DNA of 64,000 bases from Convolutriloba macropyga (Eukaryota), in the NCBI RefSeq assembly GCF_964194025.1, contig NC_134472.1:44330001-44394000 (forward strand). The letters run 5' to 3'. The notes under the pieces were generated by a model. It did not search any database, was not told the origin of the DNA, and saw only the letters and a program-made list of their open reading frames with translations. Below, piece after piece: positions 25,526 through 36,349 of this stretch. The translations under genes and the position numbers were made by a program. Each line of letters begins with the position of its first letter. Within the stretch, counting starts at the first letter, position 1.

Positions 25526-26134
25526 TGTTAGAATTTCGATCAAACTATAGTCTTAAACTTAGTGAGAATTAGAAAGAAAGTTTGACTTACCAGATTAGAA
25601 AGACAAGCAATATGATTTTGATCAAAGAAATTATATAAATGAATCGTCAAGAAATGGTGCTGAGAATCAATATTCGGTTCAAATTGGTGAATCTAGATAA
25701 CTATTATTAGAGTTAGATTAAGTGATGTAAAATCTTCCCAGCATGTATTAAATGATGATGATATCTCCGGAAGTGTGAATGAATTCTTAGAAAAGTGCAA
25801 ATGCATTCCATTTATGGTTCCCTTTGCGACTGATTTGCAGAAGCAAACCATATTGGGTATCCCTTGCGACCCCCACTATAAATCACGGTGCTAAGATTAG
25901 TTTTGTATCTTGACTTTTTCACACTGATAATGGGTATATATACAGCTGATTTTTGAGTCCTTTTTCATCCCCAAATTCAAATCACCATCTTGATCTAATA
26001 ATCAGATCTCTCCTGTAAATCTCTAAATTCTACTGTAAAATATCATTTTGTTATTCTCTCATTTTTGAGAAATTAATTCTTTTACTTAGTTAAAAACGCT
26101 TTTTATTCCGCTTGCGAAAGTCCATAACCCAACA
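25526..26134 (+). repeat. Copia 3' LTR (609 bp)
   Basis: Follows PPT gagtggggg; TG...CA; near-identical to 5' LTR. Confidence 0.95.
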
Positions 26135-26940
26135 TTTTTCTTGAATTTTTTAAATTGATTTTTAACTTTCAAAAATCAAGAATGTCTTTGTTACGGTGTT
26201 CCTTAATTTGTGCCCATATTCCTCACATTCTAGTTAGTATCATTCTAGCTTTGTCCTGGCACCTACATTTATTCTCGGTATATTGAGTTTTTCAGTCGTT
26301 AAAAATGAATGGTTTCAGCTTTGGTTTCTTTGGTTTGCAGTTGATTTCATTCAACATAAGGAAGTACTGAGAGTTTGATAGCAAGCCTTTTCCAAAATTG
26401 CCACTTATGACTATTTACTGCAACTTTCTTGCCGCCTTGGTATTAATTTAAACGATTTTTTGCCTTCGAATATTCTTCTGCTGCTGATGTCTTTTCTATG
26501 ATCAGTTTAATTTTGAATTAGTATGAAATCATGTTGTCTAGCATATGTACAACAAGGAACAAGTGTGTGCTTTTTTTGTCTTAGTTGCAGTGATTAGGAG
26601 TGTAATTATAGGTGTTTTCTGATTCTTAATTTTGAGCTTTCCTTTTGAAAAGATTTAACTTAGTTTCTAAGATTTTTATCTGCCGTTTGCTTCCGCGATC
26701 TTTTTCAGATTAGAATCATGAATTATTTGAGGGCAATTGATAACCTTGTCAGCTTTTTCAGACTATCAGTTTGTTTACCACCTTAATTATTTCGGATTTT
26801 TTAACGTTACCAAACGTTTTCAATAATATAAAGTTTTGCTGGATTTTTCTCTTGGTGACAGTGGTTTAAGGTTTACCAATTTTTAGAGCAGACCTGGAGA
26901 AGTAGTGAGCTAATGGTTTAATACAAAAGGTAGTGGCTTC
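26135..26940. repeat. ~806-bp direct repeat, copy 2 (right of Copia insertion)
   Basis: Starts exactly after the LTR terminal CA; matches 19496-20300. Confidence 0.93.
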
Positions 26941-27034
26941 CGGTTTTGTTAATGAAGTTTTGACGCTTCGAGTCGCTTCCGGAATTCTTCCGGCTATGTT
27001 TTTTGTTTCGTCGTCTGACACTCTTTTTCGTTTA

Positions 27035-27455
27035 CATTTGTTCCCATAGCAAAGCTGAAAAAGTCAATTTTTCTGAATGACTTCTTCCTCTCACTAACGG
27101 CATTTGCGCGACTGACGTCATTTCTCACTCTCTACCAAAAGTTTTTACGTTATTTGCGTGATTAGATTTTGATCATACGTGACTTACCTCACTAAAAAAA
27201 TGACTTTTGCACTTTAAAACTTAAGTTTAAATTGAATTTGTTTAAGGTCCAAGGAACTCATATATGCAGTAAAGGTCCCTAATAGGAGGCTTCTGTGGAA
27301 GGAATTTTAACAAACTTTATTATTTATCGCTGATTTTTTTTATTACCTAGGCGTCGATTTTTTTTCAATTTAGATCTGTATCTGTTTCTATCTCTTTTAT
27401 ACGGCACGCAGGTCTATTCTTTCGCAGCTACTCCGGCAATCTGCCGGCTATGTTT
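27035..27455 (+). mobile_element. HINE-like element related to 3811-4313
   Basis: Shares gcgtgatta...tgacttacctcact...aaaaatgactt block and 3' hairpin ccggcaatctgccggctatgtt. Confidence 0.5.
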
Positions 27456-27721
27456 TTCTAATAAAATCATTTGCATTTGTTTTAGTTTTTTGGGTTTAAT
27501 CAAATTCAACTTCGTTATATTTTTTTAAAGCTATTGTTCAGCATTTTCCTGTCAAGGTGTCTTCCAATTAATATCAGTTGAGTTGAGGAATGAGTTGACA
27601 AGGACATATATGGAATATAAAGGTCAATACTTTCCTTCCTTTTTCGTGAAATTAACTGTTTGGATATAATTTCATGATATTTCTTCATAAAAACCCCTCT
27701 TCAATGAATTCAAGAGTAGTA

Positions 27722-27952
27722 ATGGCCGAGCAGAGTTCACACGTAAACATTTCTCTTCACTCAAAATTGGGCGACGAGGAAGAGGAGGAACAGGCCACTA
27801 TGGTTAAGCAGAGTGGAGATGAAGGTGCTCTAGTTAAGGCCGACGGTGGAGATGAAGGGGGTGCAGGTGGTGGTGATGATGATGACGATGATGAAGATGA
27901 AGAAGATTTAGTTGATCCCATGGACACATTGAGGGACTCATGCAAAGCACAG
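27722..27952 (+). CDS. UQCRH: Cytochrome b-c1 complex subunit 6 (hinge protein), exon 1
   Basis: Acidic N-terminus then EEDLVDPMDTLRDSC, donor CAG|gtatgt; start codon uncertain (27722 preferred; 27674, 27704 and about 27800 are in-frame alternatives). Confidence 0.85.
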
Positions 27953-28376
27953 GTATGTTCAAACTTCGCTTATATGTTTGTCATGTCCATCGATCATGTA
28001 ATGCAAACAATGCTGGAAAAATACTTGCTTTGGTAACATGGCGGTGAGACAGACGTATGGATGATGGGGAGGGGATACGGACAAAAATAATATGCTGGGC
28101 TAGCTGTAAGCGACTGAAGTGATGTCGGTACAAACGAAACGCTTGCTAATTTGCTTTTGTTTTTGATAAATTTTCTTTTGACCATTTTAAGAGTTGTATC
28201 CGAGCTCTTTCCTGACGTTTTGTTTGTACTTTATACTTTTAGAACCAATATTCTAGCAGATATATATTCTACCAGGCAAATTATTTTCCAGATTTTTTTG
28301 CTGTATTTCAATCAGTAGGTCAAAGTTAACGTGATCGCCATTTGTAGGCACAAACGTATTTAACTGTTCATTTCAG

Positions 28377-28532
28377 GCTAATTGTAATGCCCTGAGTGAG
28401 AAACTAGACGCGTGCTCCTCCCGAGTAGAATCCAGGAGTAAAAACACTGAAGAATGTATCGAAGAAATGCTTGATCTCATTCACTGTGTAGACGACTGTG
28501 TATCCCATAATATCCACCACCACTGGAAGTAA
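28377..28532 (+). CDS. UQCRH: Cytochrome b-c1 complex subunit 6 (hinge protein), exon 2
   Basis: tttcag|ANCNALSEKLDACSSRVESRSKNTEECIEEMLDLIHCVDDCVSHNIHHHWK-stop; hinge-protein cysteine pattern. Confidence 0.93.
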   Translation, partial: ANCNALSEKLDACSSRVESRSKNTEECIEEMLDLIHCVDDCVSHNIHHHWK

Positions 28533-30129
28533 CCCAGCACTTACTTTGCCATTTTAATCAATATACGATGGGAGGGTGGCAATTCCTGCTCTCAGTTGAA
28601 TCACAGACAACTAATTCTTAGATTTCTAACTACTCTACTGGACATGAGTTGTATGTTTAGTCAAAGATTATATGGTACGTTTTACTTGTATTGAGATTAA
28701 CACACTTTATCTCAAACTGAAATTAACTTTTGCCTCGTCAATCTTTTTCGAGAACTGCATGCAACTCGCATCTAGATATTAAATCCAAATTTCCATCAAG
28801 TACTAAATCAAGCGTTATTTGAAATTTGGACAGGAACATCGTCACTCGCTGCCGTATTTTTGATGTTTCTCCATAGTATTGCAAAGCAAGATTACAAACT
28901 TATTTACCCCGGCTGATTTTGGAAAACTATATCTCGCCTACCTGTACCAAATAACTGACGTCCACAAAAATAATGGCAATAGTAGGCATTGTTTTGACTT
29001 CTCTAGTCATCATGGAAAACTAAGGTCATCCGTCTCTGAAATTTAATAACGTGTGTGATGAACGTTATATATACATGTACTTAGTTATGAAACAAGCAAA
29101 TTCTCAATAGCAAAGATGAGTATATTTGAATATGAAGCAATATGCTACTGAAGCCAAAATTAGAATGTAGATAAATGTAGTTTTCCATTAAAATGTTTGC
29201 AATATCACCGTTACTCATATCGTTGTCTCGATATATAGAATACCGATATATGGAATATCGATATATAGAATATCAAAGATAGTTACCCGATGTTAATTAA
29301 CTCGGTCTAGCGTCTTTATTTAAGATTTTCTCGGCTCGATAGCAACTTAATCAATACTCTCACTCGCTCGTGGTGTCTTTGCTCTGAATCCTTTCATTCA
29401 AACGAAAGTTGTTCAACTAAAATTTTTGGCTGAGCATTTTTCAAGCGAAATTTTATTTTCTGAGTTTCTCTTAATGCGCAAGTTCTGTAATCCTACTTCA
29501 TACTCACGAGCTCTTGGTGTTTGAGCTGGATTTTTGCAACATGGCGTTTTAGTTTCATGAATTCCTAAACATTCATGGAGCTAACTTGCAAGATGAGTTT
29601 ACAAATCGGTTTTTTTTATTTGATCTTAAACATTGCTTGCTCAAGTTTGTGGCAATTATATTAGCCCTGCTGGCCTTTTTCTCTTTTTGTCTTCGTTTTT
29701 TTTCTGACCATTTGACTTTTCGACCTCAAAGACGGCTTGAACAGGTGAAGCCCGGAGAGCGTTAAGTTCTGTTATAGCCGTACGGCTCACTAGTATCTAA
29801 GTATGTGGTTCACCGAAACAATATAAGATACATTAGTTCATGGTGTGAAAGGCATTCCATAGAATGTGACCCCCCATCACCTCATTCCCCTCTCCACCCG
29901 TAAACCCACGCGCTCGCGCCCACTCGCGCTCACTAACGCCGCTCCGCCATTCTCGTCCCACTACACCTCAATGTAAATAAAGCTAGCCTCCCGAATCCGT
30001 TGCTTGCTACTGATAGCCAGTCGTTTGAGAGCAATTCGTCTGACGTTTTTTGGCTGTGTTGCTTGAATGCTTTTTTGCTCCTACACTTTCCTGCAAATTC
30101 TAATTTGAAATTCAAGAGATTATGGGAAA

Positions 30130-31606
30130 AATTATAGAAGTAAAGATTTAAGATATCAAAGCCTCACTAAATCTGTGGGATTACTTAGGAAATCCAACAA
30201 AAGAAATTTGAATAAAAAATGTTTACAACGAAATGTAAAACACAAATCCTACGAAAGAAGAGCAATTTTTAGCCCATAACGGAGAATGGTTGACTTAACA
30301 AATCTAGTTTCAATTATTTCGGACAAAAGGCTTCAAAAAGAAGATATTAGAGTATTGAAATGAGCTATAAGAAATTTTACTGAAGTTTGATCAACATGAC
30401 ATCCCCGTTTAGAAGATCTCTATTCAGTTGATTATGCCGCCAAATAAGTTGTTGAATTAACATCGAGTTTTCCACTGTATTTTAAAGTTCTTCGCACTTT
30501 TTCAGCTGCACCTGTTTTTAGTTATCTAAGCAATCTTTTGTCTAGCATACGGTATAAAAGGACTTGATCATTTGGTCAAATTAAAAAGATTTTGTTTCTT
30601 TTTGTAAAAGCAGCGTGAAAATACGACTTCTCTCTTTTGTTGATAAGTAGAGCATAAATACAAGTTGGATAAAATCCTCCAATCTGAATATGAATTGTGT
30701 ATAGTTGGTAAAAGTGGATGGGAGATATTTTGAAGGTTCCGTCAGAAAGCCAAAGCGCATTGTTCGTTTTCAGGGATTCTAGATTGTCATGTGTTCCAAA
30801 AATCAGCATTCTCTCCTTGTCAGTTGTTCCCTGTCATAAAGGCGGAATTCTTTAAACTTGGCGGGCACTTCGAAATGTCTGTCTGTAATTGGCGGCTCCT
30901 GTGAGTTCTCGGATGCTTTTTGGCGGTTTATTGTCCGACAGATCTAGTTGGTAAAGACAGCTGCGTTGCAACATCGGACCCGACTGGTATCAGACTGCTG
31001 GCAATCATCATATTATTCACTGGATTCTGTTCTGGCGGTCTCCTTCATTTGACCTAGAATCTTTCGTTTGTACTTGTCCGGGAACAATTTTGTGGTTGTG
31101 CTCGTTTTTCGTTAGTAAGTGTTTTCCAGTAGTAATGGCCGTAACTTTACATATATAGGAGCTCCCTTTTGAGCATTTACAATGCGTAGTAGTTTTTGTT
31201 TCTAACTCCTTTTGAAACTCATGTCCATCAAGGATTAAAGTGAATCGGTTCTGCTGGGACGTACCCCAAGTCATTTCGCTCATGTTTAGCGTCTATTTTG
31301 GCGAAGTTTAAAGAGTAGAATGACGCCTCAAGTTATTTTTTAACAATTCAATTTCTGTGATAATTTTGCGTTTTGTTTAAATTGCGTCTAATTAGTTAAT
31401 TTGTACCTAATGGTAGACTGGTACCTTAATTTTGGGATTGTACGTTAATTTCAAGATTATAACTATTAAATTATAATTAGGGTAGTTTGGCATTGGGTAT
31501 AATGGAATTGCGTATTATGGCATTGGGTAATTTGGCATTGGGTATTTTGGCACATTGGGTATTTTGGAATTGGGTATTATGGTATTGGGTATATTGTCCT
31601 GACACC
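30130..31606 (-). mobile_element. Degenerate Mutator-like (MULE, FLYWCH-type) DNA transposon
   Basis: FLYWCH-like LILDGHEF...CKC...C...HNH (31017-31283); MULE WLSDGTFK...FYQLYTIH...CIYALL (30576-30809); terminus with ~15-bp tandem repeats (ttgggtattttggca) at 31480-31596; left boundary approximate. Confidence 0.85.
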
Positions 31607-32027
31607 ATCATTTAACTCACTTAATAATGGATCAGCTGCGCATCGTATACAGCATCTGCAGCACAATGAATTTAGCATCGGAATAATTTGCCGGGAACTC
31701 CAAAAATACTTTCTTAATCGGTTAGAATCATAAAGTATCACAAGATTAAGTGGAAAATTATGAGATTACGAAGATCAAACTATGTCAAGCACTTTTGGTG
31801 ATTGATTGCGAACGAAGTTTGAAACAATTATTGTAAACGCTTTTTTCTTTTTTAACGCAAAATTTTTGCTTGACGGTATTTGCGCCTCTGTTCTGTATTA
31901 GCACGGTTTTTGCTCGCAAGTAACTTTTTCACGCTTGAATTACTGATTTTCGCGTGATGTAAATTGCCCTCATTGTGAATTTAAGTCTGTTGCTACCATA
32001 AAGACGAAAATATGCGATGATGTTGCC

Positions 32028-32102
32028 GAGCCGGTATAGCTTAGTGTTTAAGATGTCAAACTACCATTCTGGAGGTCGCGGGTTTGTAATGCCTCTCGGC
32101 TC
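32028..32102 (+). pseudogene. tRNA-like sequence (SINE head or pseudogene)
   Basis: Acceptor-like gagccg/cggctc, A-box tagcttagtg, variable/T-arm ggaggtcgcgggttt, T5 run downstream; T-loop and anticodon stem imperfect. Confidence 0.5.
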
Positions 32103-33804
32103 CGATTTTTGCACCCACAAAAAAAATTGTAAGCTACCTCCTCTAATTTAAATTGCACCTACTGTCGTTTGAGAATTCAACCGACGTTAGTGCGCCAGCA
32201 ACCAATTTCACGTTCATTTTCGACTAATTTATTCGTCCGAAATATAAAGTGACAGACTGACTGACAATGTGCATACAATTTGCAAGTTCCTGCTGTCACA
32301 ATTGCACTGGAAAGGAGTTCCTTCAGCTATGGAATACGACTTGAATTCAATGAATTGTCGTTTGCTATGAAGTTTATACCACTTGAGCTTGCCTATCTTA
32401 CAGAAACTGCATTTTTTCAAACTTGATTTTCAAACTTTTGAGTTGATAAATTGTGCGTAAACCTATAATAATAAATAGATTGATTGTTTGCATTGATTTC
32501 AAATTCCGATTGCTATTAGATTTTTTTCTTCGTGAATCGTCAATTCAAATATCATTAGTAATGTGTAGAACAAAGGACAATATTCACCGCGTGGCGGGTT
32601 AAACTGATGGCTGAATTTCATTTAGACGTGTAAAAATGATTTTAAAATTCTCGTATGAGGTACTAGAGTCTGCTCGTGAACAGAAGTATAATCAACAGAA
32701 AAGGTAAAAAACACTATTAGCTTGTGTCGTTTTCAAGGATTGATCATATTCTTGCTAGCCTCTCAGCTGCATACTGTGGTTTCTCGTGATTTTGATGTTT
32801 GTTTTCAAAGATTTTGGAATAAAATTTTTAGTGAAGAATGGCAATAAAACCCACAGCGGTCAAATTTGCCACCAATGTCAAGTTTGATTTAGCAGTTCTT
32901 AAGGTTCAAAAATTGTTGGTCTGATAACCTCATTCTGGTTTTTGAATTATTTTTTGTAGAACCTGCTCTGAAGTGAATTATTGAAAGACCCTAAAATGTG
33001 ATCTGATAAATCTTAAGCTGCCTAACTGCCTCGCAGAAAGTTGATCTTGCTAGATCTTCTTGTTGGTTTTCGCAGTTTTTCTTATGAGTATAAAAGGGGA
33101 CTTGGAAAGTGGGTTTTCCCGGGTTTTCATCCATTTTTTGCATACAACTAATATAGGAAACAAATATTTTAATAATGTGCTTTCAGGTAGTGTAAGGTTG
33201 ATAGCCAAAAACATTAAAAGCTCATCGATGCAATTTTATTGACTGGTTCTGAATGCTTTTTGTTCGATTCTGGTTGTTCGGTCATAACGTAAATGATTGT
33301 TCTGATTCTGTTTTAACGTAACATTCTGATTGTTCAGCCATAACGTATGGAAAACAAAGTAATGCTTCAATTACTAAAAAGCTTCCTACTTGTGTTTCTC
33401 AAACTCGCTGCAATGATTTCCTTTATCTGCTTTTTCTAAAGCTTGGTGGGAAATGATCATGCATTTGCTACCCATGGACTTTATAGGAATCTTTCAGAAA
33501 CGTATAAAATTTAAAGACTGAATATGGTAGAATTTTGGCTTGGGCTATATGAACACCGCTCTTTCGAGAACCTTACAAGTTGTTGCCAATCTTGCAAGGC
33601 TATACTCCCAAGAGTCTTGGAAGATTATCAGCCGGTCTCCACTTGGCTGGGTTTAGAAGATAAAAATGTCCTGGGGCTTAGTTCCAAAATTAAATCTAAT
33701 TAACAAAATTTTTTATTTCAGTTACTATGGTCTGCTTTCCGGCCTATTAGTTGTAAAGAATAATGAAATAATTTGCATTGATTAATTAGTTTCTGCGAAC
33801 AGCT

Positions 33805-33880
33805 TGTCAACGCGAGGTGAGTTCTCAGTTAATTAGTATGCTCGACGAATAGCGACGAGTTTGAGGCGCGCCATATTTGT
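33805..33880 (+). promoter_or_regulatory. Possible MTHFR promoter / 5' non-coding exon region
   Basis: Local CpG enrichment, YY1-like CGCCATATT at 33869-33877, strong donor GAG|gtgagt at 33817; about 500 bp upstream of the putative ATG. Confidence 0.25.
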
Positions 33881-34355
33881 TACGTAATTTGAATTCGTCT
33901 TTCAAATTTAACCTGAATTCGGATTTTGAAGATGGTTTGTTCACGTTCATTGAATTCTGCCGAAAGATTGATCAAAGTTTGAAGATTATAAGCTTGGCTG
34001 TTGGTATCAGCATTAAAGTTATCTTGATATAGCCCTAGTTGATTTTATTCTTTTGACCTTATGAGCTGACAGGTTATTTAGTGCGAAAATAAGAACAAGA
34101 TTGTTCAAATTGACTCCTGTCATAGAAATTCTAATTCAAGAGATTTTGTGAGCTAAGATCTGCCAATGTCTTTGATTCTGTTGATGCCGATTAGTGTAAC
34201 ATCTCTAAAAAGAAACTGAGAAAAACGTACCAATTTCAATCCATCTTTAAGGATCAGATAAATTACAGCAGATAATCTGATCAGAATTTGTTAAGCTTGC
34301 TTAATCTATCTATATACGCATTTAATCGTTGTGTGACCGTGATAATAGCTAGGAC

Positions 34356-34506
34356 ATGGGAGGCTGTGAGATCTCAAACAAATGCTGTTCTGCTGTGGCG
34401 GCGGGTGACAATTCAGACACAATAACTGCTACAAATAACGGTGCAATTCAATTCCCACCATTGACTATCGACATGCAGCTGTTGAATGGAACAGCAACTC
34501 ACGCAG
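34356..34506 (+). CDS. MTHFR: Methylenetetrahydrofolate reductase, probable first coding exon
   Basis: ATG-initiated, coding-like composition, donor CAG|gtagga in phase 1, matching the phase-1 acceptor at 40231; the peptide itself is not conserved. Confidence 0.6.
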
Positions 34507-34988
34507 GTAGGAACCCTGAGCTGGTGGTCAATTTTGTAAGTGATCTGTGTCATGAATTATCGACAGTCACAGACCACAATTTGTAGCAGCCGCTAATTAT
34601 TTGACTGCAAGCTTACCTGTCGTTTTTCAACCAAAATTTAATTCACTCAAACTATTTTCGCAATTAGAACATGTAGAAATGCTTGATGTTTTTTCATGAT
34701 TGTGTTGTTTGACCTTCAATTTTCCCAGACCAGCTGATAGCGAGGCTGTTGCTTCGTTGTTGTTACGGCAAAAAATAGATATTTTTTATTCTCAATTTCT
34801 TTGTTAGTTTGCTCAAAGGGTAATAACTATCTGAAAATTTAGATTTTGTCATTTTGAAGTTTTACTGCTGTAAATAGACGTTTTCTGTTTTAGTCTGTCT
34901 ATCTCATTCTTTCTCTTACATTTGTTAATTGCTCTATTATTGAGGTTGAGTGCTGTTATTTGACCCGGAAGTAATTTCCTTTCTGTTC

Positions 34989-36349
34989 AATAGCCGCCTT
35001 CAGCCTCTCAACGGCTATTATTTAGGCGCTCTCCTTTTTAGAATTCAAAGAATTTGAATTGTAATGGGGCACTTTGAATTGTAATGGGGCATTGCTCTGA
35101 ATTATGTATAATTTTAGAATCTAATTGAAACTTCACACCAAATTAGAACACTTTGACACGTTTTCTGTTTTAGTTGGTCTATCTCATTCTTTCTCTTACT
35201 TTTGTTAATTCCTCTGTTATTGAGGTTGAGTGGTGTTGTTTGACCCGGAAGTAATTTCCTTTCTGTTCAATAGCCGCCTTCAGCCTCTCAACGGCTATTA
35301 TTTAGGCGCTCTCCTTTTTACAATTCAAAGAATTTGAATAGTATTGGGGCACTGTCTTTTTAAGATTTGTTCACACATTTTCATGATTTTTGAAGTCAAA
35401 TTGGAGTAGTGATTTTGGTCGCGCCGAAACAAGAAATGAAGCAAAAATGAGGCAATTTCAGTTTGATTTGTACTGTTGTATCGATTTTTTAAATCGGATT
35501 TTTTCTAAATTGTTTTCCCAATCCTTTCACTTCATTCTAGGCCGTTTTTTTTTGTTTGAACCAAGTTTCTCTTTCTCGCTAGTGGATTTTTTGTTCACGT
35601 GCGGCAATGAGAAAACCGTATTTGGACAAAAATTCGCGTTCTCGCTACTGGTTTTTTGTTCACTTGAGGCAATTTTACTTTGATTTGTACTGTTGTTTCA
35701 ATTTTTGATCGGATTTTTTCTAAATTGTTTTCCCAATCCTTTCACTTCATTCTAGGCCGTTTTTTTTTGTTTGAACCAAATTTCTTTTCTCACTAGTGGA
35801 TTTTTTGTTCACATGCGGCATTTTGACCTTGATTTTCAGTTTTTTGAATTTGTCCTGCTCAAGTACGTCCTGCTCTTTTTTAATGTTCTTTTTAATTCGC
35901 TTTACCGTTTGATCACGTTTTTTCGTTTTCCGTAAGTCACGATTTTCACTCTTGACTTCTGATTTACTTCGCCCACTTTTTCAACTGAATGGATTTTAAA
36001 TTCTTTCACGTACTGAATTACGTAGTATAGTGAATACGGTCAAAGTCAAATGAGCAAAATCAAAAGGAACGGTATAAACCAATAAGTCCCGGCCATTAAT
36101 TCATAGTGCAGTAGGTTATAAAATTTCATTAGATCAATTGCTAGCTGGCACTAAATATGCCTAATAGCCTTCAGTTTAGAAGCTGAATTATGTATAATTT
36201 TAGAATCTAATTGAAACTTCACACCAAATTAGAACACTTTGACACTTAGAAAAATAGTCAATTTCTATCTCTGTTTTTTTTTCTGCTTCAATCCATGTGC
36301 GGCAAGCGGGTCAACGGCGTCTATTTTCCGGCATTTTGCCGGCGATGTT
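34989..36349 (+). mobile_element. HINE-like element in MTHFR intron; its 5' end lies in a ~280-bp local duplication
   Basis: aatagccgcc...ggctatt at 34989 and 35269; core gaagtcaaattggagtagtgattttggtc shared with about 12515; 3' hairpin ccggcattttgccgg. Confidence 0.55.

Larger units (their letters stand above)
20616..26134 (+). mobile_element. Ty1/Copia LTR retrotransposon, full length, young
   Basis: Two 609-bp TG...CA LTRs, copia-type PBS, gag-PR-IN-RT-RH order, PPT. Confidence 0.97.

Noticed and set aside
31480-31596. CRISPR-like repeat array
   Set aside because: No unique spacers; eukaryotic context; these are transposon sub-terminal tandem repeats
32028-32102. Functional tRNA with ACC anticodon
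   Set aside because: T-loop lacks TTC and the anticodon stem is mispaired; it is embedded in a repeat, so treated as tRNA-derived
32700-33720. Decayed minus-strand LINE RT traces
   Set aside because: Only faint motif remnants; not supportable without a profile search
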